In this document: in pieces, positions 30,331 to 39,215 of the stretch
Layout: each line of letters starts with the position of its first letter
How positions within the stretch are numbered: position 1 is the first letter of the stretch
Assembly: GCA_045561235.1 (NCBI GenBank)
Contig: JBJKYB010000002.1
Location: forward strand, 594,962 to 658,961
Source of the DNA: Gammaproteobacteria bacterium
Lineage (GTDB): Bacteria > Pseudomonadota > Gammaproteobacteria > Poriferisulfidales > GCA-002705445
Direction of reading: 5' to 3'
Length of the DNA: 64,000 bases
Translations under genes and position numbers: made by a program
Notes under the pieces: generated by a model
Database searches by the model: none
Told to the model about the DNA's origin: nothing
The model's input: only the letters and a program-made list of their open reading frames with translations

Positions 30331-32175
30331 TTGAGGAAATCGTTTTTAGATTTTAGTAGAGCAAATGCTGAAAAAAATCTACATTCAAGACTAAATATCT
30401 TGATTCTTATTCTTCTAATATTAATAATATTATTGATTAGTCGATTATACTTTTTGCAAGTAGTCAGTTTTGAGCACTTTGATACCCTCTCAGAAACTAA
30501 TAGGATTAAATATATCCAAACGCCGCCTAGAAGAGGAATTATTTATGATAGAAATAATATGGTCTTAGCAGACAACTCTTCTCAGTACTCTATAGAAATA
30601 AATATTAAAGAAGCAAATAATATAAAAAAAATTATCAGTGGAATAAAAAAAGAAATTAATCTAACCCAAGAAGAAATTAATAGTTTTTATAAAAAAAAAT
30701 CAAAGTATTCTCATCGTAACTCAATAATTTTAAAAACAAATTTAACTGATTCTGAAATCGCAAAAGTATTATCTATTCGATATAAATTTGATGGTTTAGA
30801 TGTAACTGCAAGTCTTATGAGGAAATATCCATACAAAGAGATTACAAGCCATGTTTTAGGAAATGTTGGTTACATTGATAAAAGCGATTTATCAAGAATA
30901 GATAGACAAAATTATAAAAGTATAAAATATATTGGTAAAACTGGAATAGAAAAATCGTACGAAAATATCCTCTTTGGAGTTCCAGGTTATAAACAAGTAG
31001 AAGTTAATGCAAGAGGCCGGCAAATAAGAAATATTGATGAAAAGCCTTCTGTCCCAGGTAAAGATATACATCTTACAATAGATATAAATTTACAAAAATA
31101 TATGTATTCCAAAATGTTAGGTTTTTCGGGTTCATCTATAGCAATGAATCCAAAAAATGGAGAAATATTAGGAATGATTAGTGCCCCAGCATTTGATCCG
31201 AATAATAATTTATGGGGGTCTTTTGGTAATTATGATGAAATAAAGGAGCTTAATAGTCCTATGTTCAATAGATCAATTAATGGTTTGTATTCTCCAGGTT
31301 CGACAATTAAGCCATTAGTGGCAATAAATGCAGTTAAAAATAAGGTTATTGACTTAGAAACAAGTTACTTTGCAGGTCCGTTTTTTCAACTGCCAACAAG
31401 TTCAAGAAGATATAGAGATTGGAAGCCTGAAGGTCATGGGGAAGTAAATTTACAAAAAGCTATTGAGCAATCATGCGATGTTTATTTCTATATGCTTGCT
31501 GACAACCTTGGTATTAAAAAGCTTTCATCATTTTTTAAATATTTTTCTTTTGGAGAAAAAACAGGAATAGATTTACCTTATGAATCGTCGGGTGTATTAC
31601 CGTCCAAAGATTGGAAATTAAAGAATATAGGATACAAATGGACTGATGGCGATACTATAATCACAGGAATTGGGCAAGGATACTTTCTATCAACTCCTTT
31701 ACAACTTGTATATGCTGCAAGCATAATTGCTAATAAAGGATTAATTGTTACTCCTAAGTTAAATAGAGATATAGAGATTGAAAAAGATAAGAAAACACTT
31801 GAAAAAGAAAATTTTTTAACAAATGAGATTAAAGATGAGTTGTGGGAAGCAATTAGACAAGCAATGTTTAATGTAGTAAACCAAGAAAACGGTACAGCTT
31901 ATTGGACTACAAAGAATAAAAAAAATAATATTTCAGGAAAAACTGGTACTGTGCAGGTTTATTCATTATCACAAGAATCAGATGAAAGAGAAAAAGAGAA
32001 TTTACCTAAACATTTAAAAGATCATTCTTTATATATTGGATATGCTCCAAAAGAAGATCCTCAAATTGTTGTTGCTACGATAGTTGAAAACGTAGGTAGC
32101 GGAAGTAAATATGCAGCTCCCATTAGTAACGAAATTATTAACTATTATTTAAATAAAATAAGAGAGAGAAATTGA
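30331..32175 (+). CDS. mrdA: Peptidoglycan D,D-transpeptidase PBP2 (elongasome).
   Basis: 614 aa. Active-site motifs S(T)IK (STIKP), SCD near position 380 (SxN analogue), KTGT. Followed by rodA as in E. coli. Confidence 0.92.
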   Translation: MRKSFLDFSRANAEKNLHSRLNILILILLILIILLISRLYFLQVVSFEHFDTLSETNRIKYIQTPPRRGIIYDRNNMVLADNSSQYSIEINIKEANNIKKIISGIKKEINLTQEEINSFYKKKSKYSHRNSIILKTNLTDSEIAKVLSIRYKFDGLDVTASLMRKYPYKEITSHVLGNVGYIDKSDLSRIDRQNYKSIKYIGKTGIEKSYENILFGVPGYKQVEVNARGRQIRNIDEKPSVPGKDIHLTIDINLQKYMYSKMLGFSGSSIAMNPKNGEILGMISAPAFDPNNNLWGSFGNYDEIKELNSPMFNRSINGLYSPGSTIKPLVAINAVKNKVIDLETSYFAGPFFQLPTSSRRYRDWKPEGHGEVNLQKAIEQSCDVYFYMLADNLGIKKLSSFFKYFSFGEKTGIDLPYESSGVLPSKDWKLKNIGYKWTDGDTIITGIGQGYFLSTPLQLVYAASIIANKGLIVTPKLNRDIEIEKDKKTLEKENFLTNEIKDELWEAIRQAMFNVVNQENGTAYWTTKNKKNNISGKTGTVQVYSLSQESDEREKENLPKHLKDHSLYIGYAPKEDPQIVVATIVENVGSGSKYAAPISNEIINYYLNKIRERN

Positions 32176-33248
32176 ATAACAGTAAATTTTTTGGTATATC
32201 AGATAATACATTATTTATTTGTATAATATTTTTATCTTTTTTTGGCTTGATCTTACTATATAGTGCAACAAATCAAAATATCGATATTGTATTTAGACAA
32301 GGAACAAGACTAATTTTTTGTTTTATTTTAATGTTTATAATTAGTTTGATTGATATTAATAAGTTAAAAAATATGTCTCCTTATATTTACATATTATGTT
32401 TAATAATGTTGATGATAACTTTATTTTGGGGGCATGATGTAAAAGGTGCAAAAAGATGGATCGTAATTATGGGCTTTTCTTTTCAGGTATCCGAAATTAT
32501 CAAATTTTTTGTACCTATGACATTAGCTTGGTACTTATCTCTTTCAGATGATAAAGATATTGATATAAAAAAATTAATTATATGCTTTGCAATAATACTA
32601 GCTCCAATCTTCTTTATTATTAAACAGCCAGATTTAGGTACATCTTTAATTATTCTTCTTTGTGGTTTAATAACAATATTTCTTGGTGGTATAAAGAAAA
32701 AACAAATGATTATTCTTTTTGGTTTATTCTCAATCGCTATACCAATTATGTGGAAATTTATTTTACTTCCATACCAAAAGAAAAGAATTATGACTCTTTT
32801 TGATCCAACTTTAGACCCATTAGGCTCAGGATATCATATCATGCAATCAAAAATTGCTGTGGGTTCTGGAGGTTTTCTTGGTAAAGGATTCTTAAATGGC
32901 ACACAATCTCAACTTGAGTTTCTTCCTGAAAGAGGAACAGATTTTATCTTTGCTGTTTTTGCAGAAGAATTTGGTTTTGTTGGTGTCTTAATTTTATTTT
33001 TAGTTTATTTAATTATAATTGCTAGATGTTTACAAATCACATTTAAAGCAAAGAGTTATTTTGCAAAAATATTTTCAGGAAGTATTTCCTCAATTTTAAT
33101 ATTATTAGTAGTAACAAATGTTTCAATGGCTGTTGGCTTATTACCTGTTGTAGGCGTCACCCTACCACTTATAAGTTTAGGAGGCAGTTCGTTGTTATCA
33201 ATTTTTGTAGCTTTTGGTATAATGTTTTCTATTAATAGGAGAGCCTAA
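32172..33248 (+). CDS. mrdB: Peptidoglycan glycosyltransferase RodA (SEDS family).
   Basis: 358 aa, 10 TM. SEDS motifs Q(P/V)SE..K, PE..TDFIFAV(F)AEE.GF.G, LP..G(V/L)(T/P)LP(L/F)(I/M)S.GGSS. Overlaps the mrdA stop. Confidence 0.92.
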   Translation: MNNSKFFGISDNTLFICIIFLSFFGLILLYSATNQNIDIVFRQGTRLIFCFILMFIISLIDINKLKNMSPYIYILCLIMLMITLFWGHDVKGAKRWIVIMGFSFQVSEIIKFFVPMTLAWYLSLSDDKDIDIKKLIICFAIILAPIFFIIKQPDLGTSLIILLCGLITIFLGGIKKKQMIILFGLFSIAIPIMWKFILLPYQKKRIMTLFDPTLDPLGSGYHIMQSKIAVGSGGFLGKGFLNGTQSQLEFLPERGTDFIFAVFAEEFGFVGVLILFLVYLIIIARCLQITFKAKSYFAKIFSGSISSILILLVVTNVSMAVGLLPVVGVTLPLISLGGSSLLSIFVAFGIMFSINRRA

Positions 33249-34241
33249 ATGATTTTTAGAAAGACTAAAAATTTTATTACAATCCTTTTTATATTCTTAT
33301 TTTCATTTCCCGTCTCATCAGGAAATAATTTGGAATTAAAAAAATATTCTAACGAAATAGAAGAAATTGAATCCACTTTAATTCATAAATATAAAGTTGA
33401 CAAAAATTATGCAAAAAAGGTTTTATATTCAATAAAATTTCGCCAAGAAACCTTAGATTCAATGTCAAACGCTGTTGAAAGAAAAGCCACGTGGCAAAGA
33501 TACAAAAATATATTTATTACAAATCAAAGAGTAAATGCAGGAATCAAATATCATCAAGAAAATTATAGAATATTAAAAGAAATCGAAAAAAAATATGGAA
33601 TACCATCAGAAGTAATAGTTTCATTTTTAGGAGTGGAAACAAATTATGGAAAAGGAACTGGAAAAGTGAAAGTACTTGATTCGCTTGGAACCTTAGCATT
33701 GAAACACCCAAGGAGATCTAAATTTTTTAAAGCACAATTAATTTACTTTATTGTTTTAACACACAATAATAATCTTGATTATGATAAATTATTTGGTTCT
33801 TATGCAGGCGCTATGGGAGCTCCACAATTTATGCCAGAGAGCTATATTAAATTGGGTGTTGATTATAATAATGATGGTAAAGTTGATTTATGGAATAACA
33901 AATATGACATTTATGCAAGTATTGCAAATTATTTGACAAAAAAAGGATGGGTGAAAAGTAAAAATATTTATACAAATATAAAAATAAAAGATAATTATCT
34001 AAACGATGTTTTTAAAAATGGAGATGTAAGAACAGTTTTTATAACTGATGCTGAATTGAAAAAAATAATGATAAAAAATGATTTACAACCTGGAGAAAAA
34101 TATTTAATTCTTCTTAGTAAAAAAAATAAAGAGTATAAACTCGGGTATAAAAATTTTAAAGTAATTATGTCTTATAATCCTAGTACGTTCTATGCAATGG
34201 TTGTTTCAGAATTAAGTGAAAGAATAGCATTAGGAAAATGA
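33249..34241 (+). CDS. mltB: Lytic murein transglycosylase (MltB/Slt35-like family 3).
   Basis: 330 aa, signal peptide. Motifs GVETNYG, AGAMG.(P/A)QFMP.SY, DYN.DG.(V/I)D(L/I)W, EF-hand-like calcium loop. Within the mrdAB-rlpA-dacA block. Confidence 0.8.
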   Translation: MIFRKTKNFITILFIFLFSFPVSSGNNLELKKYSNEIEEIESTLIHKYKVDKNYAKKVLYSIKFRQETLDSMSNAVERKATWQRYKNIFITNQRVNAGIKYHQENYRILKEIEKKYGIPSEVIVSFLGVETNYGKGTGKVKVLDSLGTLALKHPRRSKFFKAQLIYFIVLTHNNNLDYDKLFGSYAGAMGAPQFMPESYIKLGVDYNNDGKVDLWNNKYDIYASIANYLTKKGWVKSKNIYTNIKIKDNYLNDVFKNGDVRTVFITDAELKKIMIKNDLQPGEKYLILLSKKNKEYKLGYKNFKVIMSYNPSTFYAMVVSELSERIALGK

Positions 34242-34738
34242 AGTTTTTTCATTTAATTATAATATTCTCAGTTTCGTTTTCTAGCTGTACTGTTATTAAG
34301 AGAGATAGTGGTAACATTTCTTATAAGAAGCAACATGTTAAAGAGGTTATACCAAAACGAGAAAAATACAGTAAGTATGGTAATCCTGAAACATATAATG
34401 TATTTGGTAAAAGGTATAAAACATTAAAAACTCATGTGGGTTACGTTGAAGAGGGTATAGCTTCTTGGTATGGTAAAAAATTTCATGGTCGATTAACATC
34501 AACAAGAGAAGTTTATGATATGTACGAGCTTTCAGCTGCGCACAAAAGTTTGCCCATACCATGTTATGTGAAAGTTACAAATTTAAGTAATGGTAAGTCA
34601 TTGATAGTTAGAGTAAATGATAGAGGTCCATTTAAAAAAGGCCGAATAATTGATCTATCATATGCTGCAGCAAAAAGGCTCGACATCATAGAGAAGGGAA
34701 CTGCAAGAGTATTTGTTGAAGCTATAGAAGTGAAATAG
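34238..34738 (+). CDS. rlpA: Septal ring lytic transglycosylase RlpA-family lipoprotein (DPBB domain only; no SPOR domain).
   Basis: Lipobox FSSC. DPBB motifs G.ASWYG..FHG..T..GE.YDM...(T/S)AAH..LP.P(S/C)Y(V/A).VTNL.NG(K/R)S..VR(V/I)NDRGPF. 166 aa against 362 aa in E. coli. Confidence 0.8.
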   Translation: MKFFHLIIIFSVSFSSCTVIKRDSGNISYKKQHVKEVIPKREKYSKYGNPETYNVFGKRYKTLKTHVGYVEEGIASWYGKKFHGRLTSTREVYDMYELSAAHKSLPIPCYVKVTNLSNGKSLIVRVNDRGPFKKGRIIDLSYAAAKRLDIIEKGTARVFVEAIEVK

Positions 34739-34820
34739 AGTTAGTATTAATTATTAATTTCATAATTAATATTCAAAATGATATAATGTTAAAAATTAAA
34801 ATTCTCACCAAGGACATACA

Positions 34821-35966
34821 ATGCGAAAAATTATAGTAATTCTTATTATTACGTTTTTTACATTTAATAAATTTACGTACGCAGAAAACTTATATTCTTT
34901 TTCAGCACCAAATATAGATGCATCTAGCTATATTTTAATGGATGCAAAAACTGGATCAATTGTTACTGGGAAAAATCTCGATAAGATTGTCGAGCCAGCA
35001 AGTCTTACTAAAATTGCATTATTATATTTAGTATTTAAATCGTTAGATTCAAAATATATTAGCGAAGAGGACTATACTGTTATAAGCGAAAAAGCATGGA
35101 AGATGGTTGGTTCTCGAATGTTTATAGAGGTTGGCAAAAAAGTACAAATTAAAGACTTAATACAGGGAGTTATTGTTCAATCAGGTAATGACGCAAGTGT
35201 TGCTTTAGCAGAACACATTGCTGGAGGAGAAGAATTTTTTGTTACAATGCTTAATAAAATGGCAAAAGATATGGGGTTAAAAAATACTAATTTTACGAAT
35301 GTAACAGGAATGCCAAACAAAAATCATTATACAACTGCAAGGGATATTGCGGTTTTATCAAAAAATCTTATTGCAGACTACCCAAAACAATATTTAAGAT
35401 TTTCTCAAAAAAAATATACTTATAATAATATTTCCCAATTAAATAGGAATAGGTTATTAACAACCTATGATTTTGCAGACGGCATAAAAACTGGACATAC
35501 AAGCTCTGCAGGCTACTGTCTAGCTGCATCTGCTTCAATTAATGAAACAAGATTTATATCTGTAATCTTTGGAGCTAATAGTTCAAAAGCAAGATTTAAA
35601 GATACGAAAACATTATTTAAATTTGGATTTAGAAATTTTATAACAGAAAAATATTTTAATAAAAATAAAGTGATTGCTAAAGAAAGAATCTGGAATGGTG
35701 AGAAAAAATATATTGACATCGGATTTAACAGGAATATTTATATCACTCAGATGAAACATGATGATAGTAAAATTATTCCAAAAATTAATTTACTTTCAAA
35801 AATTCAGGCACCTATTAGAATAAATCAGTATTTAGGTACAATTGACTTTGTTAAGGACAATAAAATTATATCAACAGAAAAAATATATGCTCTCAAAAGA
35901 ATTGAGGAGGGTAATTTATATAGAAAAACGTATGATTTCATTGCTAATTTTTTTATAGAAGAATAA
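34821..35966 (+). CDS. dacA: D-alanyl-D-alanine carboxypeptidase (PBP5/6 family).
   Basis: 381 aa with a signal peptide. SxxK (PASLTK), SGN (QSGND) and KTG (KTGHT) active-site motifs. C-terminal domain present. Confidence 0.88.
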   Translation: MRKIIVILIITFFTFNKFTYAENLYSFSAPNIDASSYILMDAKTGSIVTGKNLDKIVEPASLTKIALLYLVFKSLDSKYISEEDYTVISEKAWKMVGSRMFIEVGKKVQIKDLIQGVIVQSGNDASVALAEHIAGGEEFFVTMLNKMAKDMGLKNTNFTNVTGMPNKNHYTTARDIAVLSKNLIADYPKQYLRFSQKKYTYNNISQLNRNRLLTTYDFADGIKTGHTSSAGYCLAASASINETRFISVIFGANSSKARFKDTKTLFKFGFRNFITEKYFNKNKVIAKERIWNGEKKYIDIGFNRNIYITQMKHDDSKIIPKINLLSKIQAPIRINQYLGTIDFVKDNKIISTEKIYALKRIEEGNLYRKTYDFIANFFIEE

Positions 35967-35967
35967 A

Positions 35968-36828
35968 TTGATTAATAAAGTATATATTAATGGAGATATT
36001 TATGATGCAAATGATGCAAAAGTATCAATTTTTGATAGAGGATATTTGTTTTCTGACGGTGTGTACGAGCTAATACCATATTTTGATTCAAAGCCCTTTC
36101 TTATGGAGGAGCACTATTTAAGACTTCAAAGAAGTCTAGAAATGATTGAATTAGAAAATCCATATAATAAAGATAAGTGGTTTGCAAATATCGAAAAACT
36201 TTTGAAAAGTTGCCATTTCGAAAACTATTATTTATATATCCAAGTAACAAGAGGTATGCCAAGAAATTTTGATGATAATATTTTAAGAGAGCACGCGGCT
36301 ACAAAAGATTATCAAACATGTATTTCAATGTTCTATTCAAAAATAAACAGCTTAAAAAATAAAAAGACTCTAAGCACAAAAGCGATTACTATGGAAGATA
36401 AAAGGTGGATGCAATGCGATATTAAGTCAGTATCTTTACTTTATAATTCATATGCAAAAACAATCGCACATAAAAAGGGTGCATATGAAGCAATTTTAGT
36501 GAGAGATGGATATGTCACTGAAGGCTGTTCTAGTAATGTTTTTGTTATAAAGGATAATATTATATATACATCGCCTGAGAGTAATCTTATACTTCCTGGG
36601 GTAACTAGGCTGTTTGTTATTAATGATGTTATTAAAGATAACGGATACAATATAAGGTTTGAAAGCTTTAGCGAAGATGAGATGCTAAATGCAGATGAAA
36701 TTTTTATTACTAATTCAACTCAGGGAATACTACCTATCACACATGTTAATGATAAATTAGTAAAGAATAATAATAATTCAAAAATTTCGCAAAAGCTTCA
36801 AGAAATTTTTATTTCAAAAATTAGTTAA
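35968..36828 (+). CDS. PLP fold-type IV aminotransferase (D-amino-acid aminotransferase / aminodeoxychorismate lyase / BCAT family). Exact activity is unresolved.
   Basis: 286 aa. Fold-type IV motifs: (F)DRGYLFSDGV(Y)E, catalytic Lys region, E..(S/C)(S/N)N(V)F(V), (L)PG(V/I)TR. Starts 1 nt after the dacA stop. Confidence 0.75.
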   Translation: MINKVYINGDIYDANDAKVSIFDRGYLFSDGVYELIPYFDSKPFLMEEHYLRLQRSLEMIELENPYNKDKWFANIEKLLKSCHFENYYLYIQVTRGMPRNFDDNILREHAATKDYQTCISMFYSKINSLKNKKTLSTKAITMEDKRWMQCDIKSVSLLYNSYAKTIAHKKGAYEAILVRDGYVTEGCSSNVFVIKDNIIYTSPESNLILPGVTRLFVINDVIKDNGYNIRFESFSEDEMLNADEIFITNSTQGILPITHVNDKLVKNNNNSKISQKLQEIFISKIS

Positions 36829-37434
36829 GTGATCGATTTAGTTCAACATCAAAAAGAACTTTTGAAATGTAATAAGTGTGAAGATATGATCGGAAGTCCT
36901 ATAGTTGGAAACCCAGTAAAATCTAAAATAATCTTAATAGGACAAGCGCCAGGAATTAAAGAAGGCGATCTTAAAAAACCCTTTGCTTGGACAGCTGGAA
37001 AAAATATGTTTAAGTGGTTTTTATCAATAGGTTTAAATGAGCAAAAATTTAGAGAAAATGTTTATATGGCTGCAGTATGCAGATGTTATCCAGGAAAAAA
37101 TATCTCAGGCTCTGGAGATAGAGTTCCATCAGAAATTGAAATAAAAAAGTGTTCTAGTTGGTTGAATCAAGAAATTGACTTTCTTAAGCCAAATTTAATA
37201 ATACCAGTTGGAAAACTTGCCATATCACAATTTTTAAGTTTTGAAAAATTAAATGATGTTGTTGGAAAAAAAATAAAATTTAGAAGAAATAATTCTTTGA
37301 TTGATATAGTCGCCTTGCCTCATCCTTCTGGATTATCGACATGGTATAAAAAAGATCCTGGTAAAAAACTTTTAATAAATGCATTAAATATTATAAAAAA
37401 AAGCAAAAGCTGGCAATTAATCCTTAAAAAATAA
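36829..37434 (+). CDS. Uracil-DNA glycosylase superfamily protein, family 4-like, with an Fe-S cluster and a variant GQAPG motif A.
   Basis: 201 aa. C14/C17/C84/C86 cysteines, (I)L(I)GQAPG...G.PF.(W)(T)AG..(M), HPSGLS motif B. Confidence 0.7.
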   Translation: MIDLVQHQKELLKCNKCEDMIGSPIVGNPVKSKIILIGQAPGIKEGDLKKPFAWTAGKNMFKWFLSIGLNEQKFRENVYMAAVCRCYPGKNISGSGDRVPSEIEIKKCSSWLNQEIDFLKPNLIIPVGKLAISQFLSFEKLNDVVGKKIKFRRNNSLIDIVALPHPSGLSTWYKKDPGKKLLINALNIIKKSKSWQLILKK

Positions 37435-38082
37435 ATTTTTAACCTCTGTAAGTCTCTCCTCGTTACCAACATCATGCCAAATCCCTTTAAAATGGAAACC
37501 TGAAACTCTATCATTTTTTATATGCTTAATTAATAAATCAATTAATTTATATTTTTTTACGATACTATTTTGAAAAAACTCCGGTTTGTAAATCCCAATT
37601 CCGGAATATGTTGCATCATTTCTTTTTTTTAAAATTATTCTATTTTTTAAAATTGAAAAGTCACCGTGTATATTATGAGATGGATTTTTAACCATAACTA
37701 ATGAAGCAAGATCACTTGAGTTAATTCTAATTTTTGATAAATTACAGTCAGTAAAAATATCAGAGTTTATTACAAGAAATGGTTTATCCCCAAGAAGACG
37801 TAATGCGTTTTGTACTCCTCCACCTGTTTCAAGAGGTTCAGGATGCTCTATAGAATAATTTATTTTCACATTATATTTTTCTCCATTTCCTAAAGAGTTA
37901 ATAATTAAATCTGATAAATGTGAGACATTAATGATAATTTCTTTAAATCCATATTTCTTTAACAAAATAATATTATGTTCAATTAGGGAAAACTCCCCAA
38001 GTTTTATTAATGGCTTTGGAACTATTTTAGTTATATCACCAAAACGTTTTCCTTTACCTGCTGCGAGAATGATTGCTTTCAT
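37417..38082 (-). CDS. murU: N-acetylmuramate alpha-1-phosphate uridylyltransferase MurU-like sugar-phosphate nucleotidyltransferase.
   Basis: 221 aa. N-terminal MKAIILAAGKGKR(F) nucleotide-binding loop, (L)(I)NSD(I)(F)TD block. Overlaps and follows an AmgK-like kinase gene, as in the Pseudomonas amgK-murU pair. Confidence 0.7.
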   Translation of the reverse strand: MKAIILAAGKGKRFGDITKIVPKPLIKLGEFSLIEHNIILLKKYGFKEIIINVSHLSDLIINSLGNGEKYNVKINYSIEHPEPLETGGGVQNALRLLGDKPFLVINSDIFTDCNLSKIRINSSDLASLVMVKNPSHNIHGDFSILKNRIILKKRNDATYSGIGIYKPEFFQNSIVKKYKLIDLLIKHIKNDRVSGFHFKGIWHDVGNEERLTEVKNLFFKD

Positions 38083-39046
38083 TTAAAAATTTTAATGCTT
38101 CATTTGCGTAAGAATTAATTATTTTAAGATTATCATAATAAGATGTTGCATTTACTATATAATTTATGGTTCTATTTAAATAAGGTAAGTAATTATGCCT
38201 ACCATTTCTAACACTTAGTCGACAGAATATGCCAGCAGCTTTTAGATGCCTTTGTGCAGTTATTAAATAGAAATTATGTAAGAATTCATCTATAGAAAGA
38301 TTTGAAACATTATTCTCATTAAATCCTTCTAAAAAGATTTTTATAAGTTTATTTCTTTGCATTTTTCCCATATCTCTATAACAGTCGTTAACTAGTGAAA
38401 CAAAGTCATATAAAGGAGAACCATATAAACTATCTTGATAATCGATAATAATAATTCTTTTATTTTTATAAAATATATTTTTTGAATGATAATCTCTATG
38501 CACCAATTTATTTATGTCATGATTAATATTATTTATCATTATTTTTAATGATCTAGATAGATTATCACTATCTTTTTTTGATATTCTTATATTCATAAAT
38601 TTTTTTAATACCCAATCTATAAATAAATAACTCTCTCTAAAATAATATTCTTTCGTATATTTATATATGTTTTTTGAATTGATATTTTGTATATTTAGTA
38701 TGTTTAAAATAGCTTTCTCATATATTATTTTTTTATTTATTTCATTAACTTTATCGAATATTAAATTTTTCCCCAAGTCTTCCATTATAAGAATCTTTTT
38801 CTTATTATTTATGTTAAAAATTTCTGGGACAAAAATTTTATTATTTGAATAAATTTTAGTGAATTTTAGAAAATTATTAAAATTTCTTTTTTCTAAACTA
38901 CTGTCCATGATTATATATTTTACATTTTTTGTCTCTGCCCTGTAATATTTTCTATTACTCGCATCTCCTTTTATTTCATTGATGATAAATTTTTGTTTTT
39001 TATTAAATTTATTATCAATATAATTTTTTATTTTTTTTGTATTCAT
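38054..39046 (-). CDS. amgK: Anomeric MurNAc/GlcNAc kinase AmgK-like (aminoglycoside phosphotransferase / choline kinase fold).
   Basis: 330 aa. APH-fold catalytic H(R)D(Y)H..N(I)F and D(Y/F)QD motifs (LVHRDYHSKNIF, IIDYQDS). Co-operonic with murU. Confidence 0.7.
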   Translation of the reverse strand: MNTKKIKNYIDNKFNKKQKFIINEIKGDASNRKYYRAETKNVKYIIMDSSLEKRNFNNFLKFTKIYSNNKIFVPEIFNINNKKKILIMEDLGKNLIFDKVNEINKKIIYEKAILNILNIQNINSKNIYKYTKEYYFRESYLFIDWVLKKFMNIRISKKDSDNLSRSLKIMINNINHDINKLVHRDYHSKNIFYKNKRIIIIDYQDSLYGSPLYDFVSLVNDCYRDMGKMQRNKLIKIFLEGFNENNVSNLSIDEFLHNFYLITAQRHLKAAGIFCRLSVRNGRHNYLPYLNRTINYIVNATSYYDNLKIINSYANEALKFLNESNHSRSR

Positions 39047-39169
39047 TATTGGTTTCCTTCAGATGTTGAGTTTTCTTCTATGTTTCTTCTACCAACATTT
39101 TGATCGCAGGATGTAATTAGAGATGTACATAATATTATAATGAATATAATGCTAACTTTTAGGTTCATA
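39047..39169 (-). CDS. Unannotated 41-aa lipoprotein ORF (MNLKVSIIFIIILCTSLITSC|DQNVGRRNIEENSTSEGNQ), translationally coupled to amgK by TAATG.
   Basis: Hand translation of the minus strand. Signal peptide with lipobox L-I-T-S-C, then a 21-aa polar mature peptide. The stop TAA shares its last A with the amgK ATG. Weak SD. An alternative in-frame start MIN- lies at 39178. Confidence 0.4.
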
Positions 39170-39215
39170 TTAATCATAAATTCATTATACTATATAAAGA
39201 CCCTATATATTATGG

